Counted from the first letter of the stretch, positions 10,466-20,610 are shown. The stretch is DNA of 64,000 nt from an uncultured virus (IMG/VR IMGVR_UViG_3300032006_001851) (IMGVR_UViG_3300032006_001851), one strand, 5' to 3'. Numbers and translations: made by a program. The notes: generated by a model not told the origin, from the sequence alone.

Positions 10466-11488
10466 CTATCCTTTAAAACATGATTGAGATGCCACGTCTA
10501 AAAATTGTTTCCAATTATTTATAAATGCATCTTCTGAAAATTTTTCTATAACTGTTTGCCTAGCTTTCGCCCCCATGTCCTTGGCCAAATCCTCATCGTT
10601 TAGCAGCGTGACCAAGTACTCTCTAAGCTCATCTTCGTCGTTGCTGATAAATCCATTAACTCCATTCTGTATTATTTCTGGAATCATGCAAGTTGAGGTG
10701 CTAACGATTGCACATCCACAGGCCATTGCCTCCAGCAGAGATGTGGGAACTGGAGAAATTGTAGAAGTATTTAAAAATATCCTACTCCCAGCATAAAACG
10801 CTGCCAGTTCTTCAATGCTTCCTGCTGGCTCAGACAGACCCGGAGTGTCTCCGACTACATGGAAGGGGAAATTTTTTATCACGTTCTGCCATATAGTGAA
10901 TCCGCAACACCAGTCTCGGTTTATCCAGTCATTAACTACCGAAAGTATATGATTCTCCCGCTCTTCAATTTTGTCGTCTGGCTTAAACAGTTCGGTATTT
11001 ACTCCATGGTGAATTACAGAAGTGTCATTTCTATCTTCCCATCCCCATCGCCCAAGACTGTACTCTGAAATGAACAAATTAATATTGCCCCGCATCTCTC
11101 TCAGAGAGAGCAACATGTCGTCTGGCCAACTGGGGACGGGCAGGGTATGCTCTAGGCTGACTAGTGGGACATGCAGAGTGTCTGCGATCTGTCTTGCTAT
11201 TTGATACTGCCCAAACTTATTCTGAGATAGAACTATGTCAAAATCTAGGTACAGGGGAATCTGTCTCGGCCCCAAGCTGGAGTTTAACAGGTTGTAGTTT
11301 TCTGGAATGTCTCCGTAGTTTGTATTCCAGTCTTTAATTCCCTCGGCCCTGTACGCATAAAAATTATGACCAGTCTTTGCTAGGCTGGTTTCGTACCTCT
11401 CGTGAGTAGGGAACGTAAGTATATTTAGCGGCTCTCCATCCTTATACGTTGCCGCTTTTGTTATGGATGATACAGGACTAATCGACAT
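10466..11488 (-). CDS. GT4 glycosyltransferase
   Basis: IHHGVNTELF, SLLEAMACGCAIVST, EIIQNGVNG. Confidence 0.9.
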   Translation of the reverse strand: MSISPVSSITKAATYKDGEPLNILTFPTHERYETSLAKTGHNFYAYRAEGIKDWNTNYGDIPENYNLLNSSLGPRQIPLYLDFDIVLSQNKFGQYQIARQIADTLHVPLVSLEHTLPVPSWPDDMLLSLREMRGNINLFISEYSLGRWGWEDRNDTSVIHHGVNTELFKPDDKIEERENHILSVVNDWINRDWCCGFTIWQNVIKNFPFHVVGDTPGLSEPAGSIEELAAFYAGSRIFLNTSTISPVPTSLLEAMACGCAIVSTSTCMIPEIIQNGVNGFISNDEDELREYLVTLLNDEDLAKDMGAKARQTVIEKFSEDAFINNWKQFLDVASQSCFKG

Positions 11489-12605
11489 CAAGAGCCTTCT
11501 TTATTAGATTTCCTATTGCTTCGTAAGAATATTCCTCAATTCTATTTCTTCCTTTTTCTTTTATAGCATCATATACGTCTGTTGAATTTGAATTGTTATA
11601 GGTCTGTCTCATTGCCACTTGTAGTTCTAAGGGGTCTATCGACTGCCAAGTTTCCTTTGCCGTATATAGATCATCGAATGTTTCTATCATTCCAAATACG
11701 GGTTCTTCTCTGGAAGAAACCAGAATACCCTCCCCGTCATCCATAAAGTCTGCCATCCCGCCTACGTCTGTGCATATTGGAGTATTGCCGAACCCCATAG
11801 CATCAAAAGCTGGAATACACCAAGCTTCGCCATAGCTAGGCATAACAAAACAATCACAAGTAGCGTGAAGCCTTCTGAGTGTATCTTCATTTAACCTATC
11901 TGTAATTATGAGGTCTTCTTTGTAGTGCCCTATGGTTGGATACAACTTCAAACCATTCTTAACATTCTGGCACATTTCTTTGACTTCAGCAGCACAATCG
12001 TATGGAGAAGTATTGTATTTGCTGGTTTTGATTACTATCGATACGGGTTCATCAGTATCAAATTCGCTATGAAAAGCCCTGACAAAGGCAGATAGGTTTT
12101 TTCTTCTATTCAAATCTCCGACAAAGTAAAAAACAAAATTGTTTTCAGAATCCGGTATCTCTATAGGTTCGTACCTTTGCTTGAACTTAGAAGTATCGGA
12201 AGCGTGTGGTATAACAGTTATTGGTATATCAACGCCACTATCCTTGGACACGCGAAGCATTTGATTGTTAATGACCCAAGCCTCGTCCATCTGATTTATT
12301 CTATTGGGCCATATAGACCATTCAAAACTGTTAGTTTCCGTAGCGTACAGTCCAATATTTTTTTCAAATTTTCCGTTGTAATCCATCATGTGGGGGAGGA
12401 CGTGTTGTATACATACGTTACACCCTCTGCTAGACTTGTTCTCAAGCTCCAAAATACGATCTGGAAGTTCAGCGATATTAGAATTTAGCTTCACCGCTCT
12501 GGGAACCACATCTATTCCCACGGAGTCCATTGCCAAGATGTAATCTATGGCGGCTTGACCCCAACCGGTTCCGTCCCTGTAACATCCAATATATAGTACC
12601 CTCAT
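11478..12605 (-). CDS. GT4 glycosyltransferase
   Basis: RKNL, FVMPSYGEAWCIPAFDAMGFG. Confidence 0.9.
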   Translation of the reverse strand: MRVLYIGCYRDGTGWGQAAIDYILAMDSVGIDVVPRAVKLNSNIAELPDRILELENKSSRGCNVCIQHVLPHMMDYNGKFEKNIGLYATETNSFEWSIWPNRINQMDEAWVINNQMLRVSKDSGVDIPITVIPHASDTSKFKQRYEPIEIPDSENNFVFYFVGDLNRRKNLSAFVRAFHSEFDTDEPVSIVIKTSKYNTSPYDCAAEVKEMCQNVKNGLKLYPTIGHYKEDLIITDRLNEDTLRRLHATCDCFVMPSYGEAWCIPAFDAMGFGNTPICTDVGGMADFMDDGEGILVSSREEPVFGMIETFDDLYTAKETWQSIDPLELQVAMRQTYNNSNSTDVYDAIKEKGRNRIEEYSYEAIGNLIKKALDVD

Positions 12606-14242
12606 CCCAATAACTCCAGTCTTTGCTGCTCCCAAAAATTCCTACGCATGCATAGCTCTAGGAGGTAGTTATAGGCAATCTCCTTGTCAAACTTCTCAAA
12701 CTGAGGTCTGGCAAACTGCATCGAGTCTTCATTAAAATACATCCCACCAGTTCCCTCAAGATGGAATCCGTAATTAAGATCCCTGATCATCCTAGACTCC
12801 ATGTAGGAGTTCAGTCTTTCAGGCTCCCCTAAAACATTTACAATTAACCATTGCACATAATCTTTTGGGGGAAGTTCTTGAGGGACTCTTGTTTCTGGGA
12901 CATGTATTCTGGGGGGAGATCCCCAAGTTTCGGACTCCGGTCTAATTTCTACGCCGTCGAAATATTCTTCCCATACCCTTGCAGTGTTATCCCACTGGTA
13001 ATGTTTCTCAAAATTCTTCTTTATTTTCAGTCCAGCTTCATCTCTTTCTTGTTGAGATAAATTGAAGAACTCTTCTATTTTCTTAGCAGAGTAGTCATTG
13101 TCTGGGACCGCCCTGTTGCATCCGGTTTCCAACTCTTGGTATAGCGCTTTGAGATTAAGGGGCTGGCCACCTAGCTTTCTTATAACGCTTGACATAGCGG
13201 AGTAATCAACCGACATTACAGGCACGCCACAAGCAGCAGCTTCTACTTGTGGCAGTCCAAACCCTTCACTGTTTGCGTATTGTATATAAAGGTCAAAAGA
13301 ATTCATGATGCCAGACAAGAATTCATACGATACCCCCTTTTGTACACTGGCTAATCCGGCAGCGTGGCTACCACACATTGGACATCGAGTTCTGGCATCT
13401 GAAAAGTATGACGGAAAGGCATTTTTGCAATCCGTGCAAACGTATGTAAGTATGATCTTGCTGGATATTCCGTATTGGTTGATTAGCTTGGGAAGATCCC
13501 ACCCCACGTCTGGGAAGCTGGTGTGGCAATAGAGATATACGTCGGACCTTTTGGATGAATCTAAAAACATTCTAAAGGTCTTAAACAGATCTGGAAATAG
13601 TTTCCTACGCTGATTCCTCATGACGGTCCCGATGACCATGGTGTCTGGATCGAAACCCATGCTTAACTTGTGTTCTCTCTTGTTGGCAACTGGTCTATAT
13701 GCCGCATCGGCAGATGGAGGGGCACATCCAAGACAATTGATTTTTCCCATTCCTTCTTTGAGTAGAACATCTCTGCCCCACTCTGAATAATTAAACACTC
13801 CGTCAGCATTTGCGTAGGTTGCCAACCACTGTTCGTTTTGTGGTTCTGCATCCACTGTTGGCATAATAGCCCAGTGGAAGAATCTTCTGAATGGAGACCT
13901 CTCTTGATAGTCAATCATCCAGAAATCTCTGATGTCAAATACTATGTCTGGTTTAAAATCTAAAAGAACCTGTTCGAATCTCCATTCTCCAAATTGGTTT
14001 GTCCCTTTGGAATTATACTCGCTAAGCTCTTTCTTGTTGTCTTTCTGTGGCGCATTGGGATAGAACATCCAAGGTATTCCACCAGACCTCGGATCGGTAG
14101 CTTCTCCGTAACTAGCAAATTCTGCAAGTTCATATTTTCCAGTCTGATGGAGACGTTTCATAACCTCTCTACCGTAGGTAGCATATCCCGTATTGAGATA
14201 GCTTGCCTCGCAACATAGAAGAATTCTTTTCTTTCTACTCAT
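12602..14242 (-). CDS. GT4 glycosyltransferase with an inserted Zn ribbon
   Basis: RNQRRK, EGFGLPQVEAAACGVP; CTDC...CPMC insertion. Confidence 0.85.
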   Translation of the reverse strand: MSRKKRILLCCEASYLNTGYATYGREVMKRLHQTGKYELAEFASYGEATDPRSGGIPWMFYPNAPQKDNKKELSEYNSKGTNQFGEWRFEQVLLDFKPDIVFDIRDFWMIDYQERSPFRRFFHWAIMPTVDAEPQNEQWLATYANADGVFNYSEWGRDVLLKEGMGKINCLGCAPPSADAAYRPVANKREHKLSMGFDPDTMVIGTVMRNQRRKLFPDLFKTFRMFLDSSKRSDVYLYCHTSFPDVGWDLPKLINQYGISSKIILTYVCTDCKNAFPSYFSDARTRCPMCGSHAAGLASVQKGVSYEFLSGIMNSFDLYIQYANSEGFGLPQVEAAACGVPVMSVDYSAMSSVIRKLGGQPLNLKALYQELETGCNRAVPDNDYSAKKIEEFFNLSQQERDEAGLKIKKNFEKHYQWDNTARVWEEYFDGVEIRPESETWGSPPRIHVPETRVPQELPPKDYVQWLIVNVLGEPERLNSYMESRMIRDLNYGFHLEGTGGMYFNEDSMQFARPQFEKFDKEIAYNYLLELCMRRNFWEQQRLELLG

Positions 14243-14765
14243 CGGCGTTGGCTTCTCGTAGCAGTTTTATTATTTGTCTGAATTTATTTTTAAGAGATCC
14301 TTTAGAGCAACCGATCTCTTCTGCAATTTCTTTGTTGGAATAGTTCTGCATCTTTCTTTTTAAAATGATTCTTTGCTCTTCTGTTAAAAGCTCGTGCTCA
14401 ATTTCAAAAAGCTTTTCCTTTTCTCGATAGTGGAAGTTGGCGTTTTCAGAAAGAGTGGTCAAAAGAAGATCAGTGTTATACATGATCTTAACTTTTTTTC
14501 CTCTCTTCAAAGACCTGTTGGAAAAATTTATCAGTTCATTTTTTATACAGGCCGATGCGAATGTGGAAAATTTAGCCCTGTCCGCATCGTGTTTTCTTAT
14601 GGCTTTAAGAAGACCTATTAGTCCAACCTGTATGTAGTCTTCAAGCGACCCCTTGTCGTCGCTGACAAATTTTAAAGCTTGAGCAACAACCAGTCCATAA
14701 TTTTGATGAACCAATTGTTCCTCAAGCTCTAATTTGCTACCATTTGAATTTATATCTTTATCCAT
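14235..14765 (-). CDS. Phage sigma70-like RNA polymerase sigma factor
   Basis: Region 2 EDYIQVGLIGLLKAIRKHD...FSTFASACIKNE; region 4 YSNKEIAEEIG HTH. Confidence 0.9.
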   Translation of the reverse strand: MDKDINSNGSKLELEEQLVHQNYGLVVAQALKFVSDDKGSLEDYIQVGLIGLLKAIRKHDADRAKFSTFASACIKNELINFSNRSLKRGKKVKIMYNTDLLLTTLSENANFHYREKEKLFEIEHELLTEEQRIILKRKMQNYSNKEIAEEIGCSKGSLKNKFRQIIKLLREANADE

Positions 14766-15159
14766 CTTCAGTGCTTAAAGCTGGTTCAGTTTCAGTATTA
14801 CTCTTATCTGTTTCGTTTTGTTTTTTGTTGTAGCTAAGAATCTTAAACTCCTTGACTCTAAACTTGATCTGATATCTCTTAACACCCTCCCTGTCCGTCC
14901 AGTTGTTTGGCCTAGCGGAAGCATGAACGAAGATTTCGTCACCCTTTTCACTATATTTTGCTAGAGTGATTGCTCCTGTGTCCCAAGCTTCGAAATCAAA
15001 ATAGCTAACGTTTCTTTTCTTTTCTCCATCCTTTTCCCTGCGATATTCTGGAACGGCGAGTGTAAATGTAACCAGATCCACATCATTTCTGGTCTTGATC
15101 AACTGTGGATTGGCGACAAGTCGTCCAAAAAAACGACAATCATTCGTAATGTTATTCAT
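14758..15159 (-). CDS. ssb: Single-stranded DNA-binding protein
   Basis: GRLVANP, FTLAV, FDFEAW, KGDEIFV; acidic tail. Confidence 0.9.
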   Translation of the reverse strand: MNNITNDCRFFGRLVANPQLIKTRNDVDLVTFTLAVPEYRREKDGEKKRNVSYFDFEAWDTGAITLAKYSEKGDEIFVHASARPNNWTDREGVKRYQIKFRVKEFKILSYNKKQNETDKSNTETEPALSTEDG

Positions 15160-15212
15160 GGATATTTCCTTTCAAAAAACAACGTTAACTGTAATACTAT
15201 ACCTGCAAGGTC

Positions 15213-16802
15213 TTATATTTGCCACACTCTTTCTATGACTAGACTGCTATCGGATCTATATTTACCTTTTCTGGACTCGCCTCCATATATAACAACAGTG
15301 TTTCCTTCGTATAAAATATTACGATACTCTTCCCATTCGTCTGCAAAAATAGCTATATTATCCAAAGGGCTGGTCTGATCCTCAACACATAAAAATGCCA
15401 TATCACGACCCTTGTTCTTTCCCTTTTTTAGGGTGTATGGTCGGACACTACTAATTGATACCGCTAGTGCAACATCTTTCACCTTTCCGTTTAAAAAGTC
15501 TTTGCATGTTGCATTGGCAGAGCTTGTGTCACAAGAGTCCACCTTGGAATAAGTTATGGGAACACCCAAATAATTTTGTTCTGTGCCAGCAACCCAGTCC
15601 GGGGTGTCCTCTAGGGAATATGCTGGCTTTCTGATTTGCTTTATAAGATCCTTGACTATCTCACTTCTTTTCTGGTTGAATGTTCCGCCGCCCATTTTTT
15701 TAGTTGGTCGCAGGGCAACGAGAGCATCCTTGAGACTGCTCCAGTTGTTATGCCTGTCGTATATCCATAGCTGTTCTTTGGCTGTAAGCTTTGACCAAGT
15801 GTCAAATTCATCCAGCATTCTACTCCTGCTTATTTTATTTGCAGAAAAAACACCAACGGAAACCATTGCGATTGTAGTTGCGGAACTTATCTTGTCGGAA
15901 AGCCTAACCAAAAATTCATACCAGTCCCAATCAGCTATCTTCTTTCCTAAAACCTTCTCTTCCTCAAGCAGCCTTTCCTTCATCTTCTTAATTTGATTAA
16001 CACCAACAGATTTAATATCGGTTAATCCAAAATGGATTCTGTCATTAATTATACAGGTCTCTTCATTCAATGCTCCCAGTGAGGGAGGGAGTATAAAAAT
16101 GTCATTCGTCTTTGCATCCGACACCAGTTCTTTAATCTCTCTTTGAGAGTCAGGTTTATTTTTAGCGTGTCTTAAGCAGTGACAATAAAATTCGACTGTA
16201 TGATGCGCTTTAGCATAAGCGGACCAATAACCACAAATAGCATAGCTAACAGCGTGAGACTTATTAAAAGCATAACGACTGGATTTTTCAATCCATGAGA
16301 ATATCTCCTCCGCTGCTTCTCTAGAAACAACATTTTCATTTTCAGCACCCTCAATGAACTCTCTTTTAATTTTAGCCATGAGATCCGCCTTCTTTTTACC
16401 GATGGCTTTTCTCAAATCATCCGCCTGTTGAAGATCGAATCCGGCAATCTTCTGCGCTATTTTCATAGACTGCTCTTGGTAAACAAGAACCCCCTGAGTT
16501 CTTTCTAGGATGGGTTCTAGAGACTCGTGTATGTAGGTTACCTCTTCTTCTCCACTTTTGCGATCAACATAATGCTGGGTCATGGATTTGCCGTCAACGA
16601 TTGCCTTTAGGCAACCGGGACGTAGAAGAGCGGTAAGGGCCGCTAACTCCTCAAGATTTTTTGGACGAACACGCTTAGCCCAAGACTTTCCCAGACTGCT
16701 CTCCAACTGAAAAACCCCTTTAGTTCTCCCCTCGCAAATGAGATTCCAAGTGGGTGCATCGTCGTAATCAATATTGTTAACGTCAAATATATAGTTTTCC
16801 AT
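15213..16802 (-). CDS. dnaE: DNA polymerase III alpha, C-terminal fragment (fingers, HhH, OB fold)
   Basis: GVFQLES, LRPG, LVYQEQ, ADDLRKAIGKKK, YAFNKSHAVSY, MAFLCVED; probable ATG at 16802. Confidence 0.92.
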   Translation of the reverse strand: MENYIFDVNNIDYDDAPTWNLICEGRTKGVFQLESSLGKSWAKRVRPKNLEELAALTALLRPGCLKAIVDGKSMTQHYVDRKSGEEEVTYIHESLEPILERTQGVLVYQEQSMKIAQKIAGFDLQQADDLRKAIGKKKADLMAKIKREFIEGAENENVVSREAAEEIFSWIEKSSRYAFNKSHAVSYAICGYWSAYAKAHHTVEFYCHCLRHAKNKPDSQREIKELVSDAKTNDIFILPPSLGALNEETCIINDRIHFGLTDIKSVGVNQIKKMKERLLEEEKVLGKKIADWDWYEFLVRLSDKISSATTIAMVSVGVFSANKISRSRMLDEFDTWSKLTAKEQLWIYDRHNNWSSLKDALVALRPTKKMGGGTFNQKRSEIVKDLIKQIRKPAYSLEDTPDWVAGTEQNYLGVPITYSKVDSCDTSSANATCKDFLNGKVKDVALAVSISSVRPYTLKKGKNKGRDMAFLCVEDQTSPLDNIAIFADEWEEYRNILYEGNTVVIYGGESRKGKYRSDSSLVIERVWQI

Positions 16803-17481
16803 CTGCAAAAGCCTTTTCAAAATGTACTTTCCCAGCAAATTTTCGTTGCATTTTCATAAACCTGATCATGATGTTGGCGGTATCTTTGATATCCTGAAGC
16901 GCATCATGAGCATTTTCTTTGGACATTCCAAAATAATCCCTCAGAGAATCCAAGCTGAATCTTTTCACATCAGGATTATTCTCCAACCATCCCCATACCA
17001 AGTTCATAACGTCAACCCTGTGGATTCTATTGAACAGAGTTTGCCTGCCCGTTTTTTTGTCAACCGGCCCATACTGTTGACACATCCTATCGGCAATAAT
17101 TAAATCGAAACCATTTATATTATAACCGGCTGGGATCGGAGCAAAATAAGGAGTCTTTTTCCAATTGTATTTATTTACAAAGTTGGAAAACTTACCCCAC
17201 ACCTGCTTTGGAGCAGGAGCCTTCTTAAGTTCGGCTCTGGTTTTTCTGGTAATATCAAGTGCTTCATCTTCTACAGGATCAAGCCCCATTTCAATGGCCT
17301 TGTCATCGTCTAGAATGGGGCGAATTTCACTATTGAAATAGCCATTAGGCTGAACCGTTAGTTTTCTACCGTGTATAGCAACTGCTGCAATTTGGGTTGG
17401 TTGAGTTTTTAGAGGGTCTCTACTTCCGGTCTCAAAATCAAATACAATTATGTCATGCGCCGAAGGCATTATTGGCCTCAC
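16783..17481 (-). CDS. DEDDh 3'-5' exonuclease (DnaQ/epsilon-like)
   Basis: FDFETG (ExoI), GYNINGFD (ExoII), HDALQD (ExoIII). Confidence 0.9.
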   Translation of the reverse strand: MRPIMPSAHDIIVFDFETGSRDPLKTQPTQIAAVAIHGRKLTVQPNGYFNSEIRPILDDDKAIEMGLDPVEDEALDITRKTRAELKKAPAPKQVWGKFSNFVNKYNWKKTPYFAPIPAGYNINGFDLIIADRMCQQYGPVDKKTGRQTLFNRIHRVDVMNLVWGWLENNPDVKRFSLDSLRDYFGMSKENAHDALQDIKDTANIMIRFMKMQRKFAGKVHFEKAFADGKLYI

Positions 17482-17711
17482 TTTCTTTTTAATAGTCTGT
17501 GTTTGATATCCAAAAACTTAGATATCGCATCGTTACAATTGTCGTACAATCTACTAAACCTATACCTGTTGTCTTCACAATGAACCTGATATTTAATTCC
17601 AGATCTCACAGTGTAAAAATCATTGATGCAACAGATACTTAAAGAGTTCCACTCCTCGTACATTCCGTTGCTTAACTTGTTCCTAAGTTTATCTCTGTAA
17701 GAAATATTCAT
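17478..17711 (-). CDS. Small hypothetical protein between the DnaE fragments
   Basis: 77-aa ORF with 4-nt overlaps at both ends. Confidence 0.6.
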   Translation of the reverse strand: MNISYRDKLRNKLSNGMYEEWNSLSICCINDFYTVRSGIKYQVHCEDNRYRFSRLYDNCNDAISKFLDIKHRLLKRK

Positions 17712-19612
17712 TTTCCTAGTTGGTCCCTTACTCCCATAAGCTTGTCCAATAACGACACGCCAAGTATATCAAACTTTACGTGTCCCATAGCCTCCAAGTC
17801 GGTCATTTCCATTCCGGCAATCTTTTCGCACCCCTTTTTGTCTCTAACCATAGGACAAACGTCACTAAGATTGTGCGAGGAAATAACAACACCTGCCGCA
17901 TGCTTGCCCTGAGATTTAAATGTGCCTTCTATTCTCATGGCCTGTTCAAAAAGTTTTGAGTACTCGCCCTCCAGTTCACCGGAATCGTCAATCCTACAAT
18001 AGTCTCTTAGAATATCTGGCTGATTGATCAAAGCCCATTTTATGACTGACGGCTCATCCATGTCTGTAAGAAGGTCTGATATCTCGTGCTCATGGGGGAG
18101 ACTTTTTGTGATGACGTTCATCTCATCGAAAGAGCATGCTTCGTTCATTCTTAAGACTTCCTTAAGAGCACTACGACCTTGCAATCTTCCGAAGGTCACC
18201 ATCTGACCAACCTGCACGGTTCCATATTTTGACCTGATGTAATTGATAACTTCATCTCGTTTTGAAGCTGGAACGTCTATATCTATATCTGGCAAAGAAA
18301 TATGATCCTGTGTGTTTCGTCCAGCGTTATAAAACCTTTCAAACAGCAGATCGAACTCAATTGGATCCACCTCTGTTATTCCTACCAGATATGAAACCAA
18401 GCATCCTGCTGCCGATCCTCTGCCCGGACCCGGAAGCCAGCCCTCTTCTTTGACCTTGTTAACTATATCCCTAACGATTAAAAAGTATCCAGACAGATTC
18501 GCATCACTTATAACATCAAGTTCCTGCTTAACCCTGTTAGCATATATATTTTGATTTTCTTCAGATTCTATTTTTCCTGAAACCTTAAGACGGTTCTTCC
18601 ATCCTTCACGGCACAACTCACGAAGAAATTCTTCTTCACCTGCGCCCTCTGGACAATCGAATTTGGGAAGCATGGGTTTGTTGAGAATGCTGTAGTCTTC
18701 ACACATGTCGGAGACCATTACAGCATTGGCTAGCTCGGCCTCCGTATGAAATTTTTTCATCTCCTCTAGTGAGGGGATATGAAAATTGTTTGACTTCAAA
18801 AAGGCAGAGAATCCTACGCTCTCGTTATTTTTGATCTTGTTCTTGATATTCCTAAGCGTTGTCTTCATGGCAGAGCAAAGCAAAATGAGATGATCTGTTG
18901 CGTCGGCTTTAGTGGGATAGTGGGAGTCAGCAGTTGCAACAGAGGGGATCTTATATTTTTTTGCTACGTATCTAAGACCCTGAGCTACCAGCTTGGCTGC
19001 TGGTGAGTTTTCTTCATCGATGCACTGGATCTCAATAAGGAAGTTTTCTTTTCCGAAAATATCCCTATACAAATTTGCCTTACTAAGAACCTTTGATTCC
19101 CAATCTGGGTCTATATATTCTTTAACGTCTGCTTCAGTCTCTGCGCTGTATGCCTCTTTGTAGTCATTGAAAATAACGTTAGCTAAATCGCTGCCAAGAT
19201 GTCCGCTAAATGCTATAAGATTTCCATCTGCATATTCTGATAGCAAGTTTAAATCTAATCTGGGTTTGAAGTAGAATACATCATCGTCATTACTTCTAGA
19301 GGTTGCTTCTATAAGCCTATTCCAACCTTCCTTATTCTTAGACAGAACTACAAGATGGCTTAAAGCTCTGTTTTCCTTTTCCTGAATACGACAGTCTTCT
19401 TGACTTAAATAAAATTCGCATCCAATAATAGGTTTAATGTTTTTAGATTTCATTGCGCTTGTAAAGGATACTGCACCGGCGATAGTTCCATGGTCGGTAA
19501 TAGCACAAGAGGAGTAGCCTAGATCTGCGCATCTAGCCGCCACCTGTTCTGGTTTAGACAGTCCATCCAATAAGCTGTAATGTGTATGCAAATGTAGTGG
19601 AACCCAACTCAT
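17708..19612 (-). CDS. dnaE: DNA polymerase III alpha, N-terminal fragment (PHP and catalytic palm)
   Basis: HLHTHYSLLDG, TDHG, GPGRGSAAG, LLFERF, PDIDID, GKHAAG, KFDILG. Confidence 0.95.
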   Translation of the reverse strand: MSWVPLHLHTHYSLLDGLSKPEQVAARCADLGYSSCAITDHGTIAGAVSFTSAMKSKNIKPIIGCEFYLSQEDCRIQEKENRALSHLVVLSKNKEGWNRLIEATSRSNDDDVFYFKPRLDLNLLSEYADGNLIAFSGHLGSDLANVIFNDYKEAYSAETEADVKEYIDPDWESKVLSKANLYRDIFGKENFLIEIQCIDEENSPAAKLVAQGLRYVAKKYKIPSVATADSHYPTKADATDHLILLCSAMKTTLRNIKNKIKNNESVGFSAFLKSNNFHIPSLEEMKKFHTEAELANAVMVSDMCEDYSILNKPMLPKFDCPEGAGEEEFLRELCREGWKNRLKVSGKIESEENQNIYANRVKQELDVISDANLSGYFLIVRDIVNKVKEEGWLPGPGRGSAAGCLVSYLVGITEVDPIEFDLLFERFYNAGRNTQDHISLPDIDIDVPASKRDEVINYIRSKYGTVQVGQMVTFGRLQGRSALKEVLRMNEACSFDEMNVITKSLPHEHEISDLLTDMDEPSVIKWALINQPDILRDYCRIDDSGELEGEYSKLFEQAMRIEGTFKSQGKHAAGVVISSHNLSDVCPMVRDKKGCEKIAGMEMTDLEAMGHVKFDILGVSLLDKLMGVRDQLGK

Positions 19613-20610
19613 TTCTTCAATCTTCCTCCACCGCTTCCGTAAGTAGAAAGTTTAACCAAATCACCGTATTCATGTACAACTTTGTTTACACCCTTCCTTT
19701 TGATTTCGTCACGAATAAATTGACAAACGCTTTTGTTTGTTCCTTCGTGACTTTCACTAAACTTGCATAGCTTGCGACATTTCCAGTGTCGGTTTTCATT
19801 ACATAGAAGCTTTGGGCGCTTTGTATTTTTAATGTATTGAAATTTTTTCTTCAAGATGGTTTCTGCTTTGACATAATCTTGATCGTCAAAGCACATAGAA
19901 AAGAGACCACCAGAGTTGATATAGAATATGCTGACACCGAAATCGTAATCAGGGTACATATTTTTTAGGGCGTAGTAGTAAAGCAACAACTGTGTGTCGC
20001 TCTGCAAAGATTCGAGAGTCTTTTCTTCACCCGTTGCCCAATTTATACGCTTTCCGGTTTTGTAGTCAAGGATTTCGTAATATTTTTCGTCGTGCTTGAC
20101 TATTAGATCGACTGTGCCTTTAATGGCTAGCCTGCCTTCAATTTTTTCACCACCTAAATTGTAGCAATACTTGGCCCAAGGCTCATCTATTTCGAAATCA
20201 AAATACTCCTCGGTAGCAAACACGTCTTGATTTCTAGGGTCCAAAAGCCCATCGTTGTATTCTACAGCTTTATGCACCCAGCGGGTACAGGTTCTCAAGC
20301 TAGAATCATCCAGATCTACATTGGGTTCGTGACTGGTATAATACTTGAAAGCCTTTTCTGTTATTTTTTCAATGTTGTCACAATCATCAAGAGTTAACCT
20401 ACCTACCTCGTCATCGGTAAAACTCTTGTTTCCTCTGTTCATACATAGTTTTTTGTCCCCCAAAATCTGAAGTGCCTTATGGGTGATTGTTCCCATCAAA
20501 GCCTTCTTGTTGGTTTTGTCTTTGAATGACAAATTATACTGTAGAAAAAACTTCTGCTCGCAGAAGTCGAGAGTGCTAAGACTGCTGCTTCTTAGATAAC
20601 ATACTATCAT
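19609..20610 (-). CDS. PD-(D/E)xK RecB/Cas4-like exonuclease, probably Fe-S binding
   Basis: GTITH, GTVDL, ILDYKTG, QLLLY; N-terminal Cys plus C-terminal Cys cluster. Confidence 0.85.
   Translation of the reverse strand: MIVCYLRSSSLSTLDFCEQKFFLQYNLSFKDKTNKKALMGTITHKALQILGDKKLCMNRGNKSFTDDEVGRLTLDDCDNIEKITEKAFKYYTSHEPNVDLDDSSLRTCTRWVHKAVEYNDGLLDPRNQDVFATEEYFDFEIDEPWAKYCYNLGGEKIEGRLAIKGTVDLIVKHDEKYYEILDYKTGKRINWATGEEKTLESLQSDTQLLLYYYALKNMYPDYDFGVSIFYINSGGLFSMCFDDQDYVKAETILKKKFQYIKNTKRPKLLCNENRHWKCRKLCKFSESHEGTNKSVCQFIRDEIKRKGVNKVVHEYGDLVKLSTYGSGGGRLKK

Noticed and set aside
16802..17711. Split intein or self-splicing intron in dnaE
   Set aside because: No intein terminal motifs; the intervening DNA is fully occupied by two ordinary overlapping ORFs.
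19609..20610. Cas4-like nuclease as evidence of a CRISPR-Cas locus
   Set aside because: No repeat-spacer array or other cas genes seen; the context is replication/recombination.
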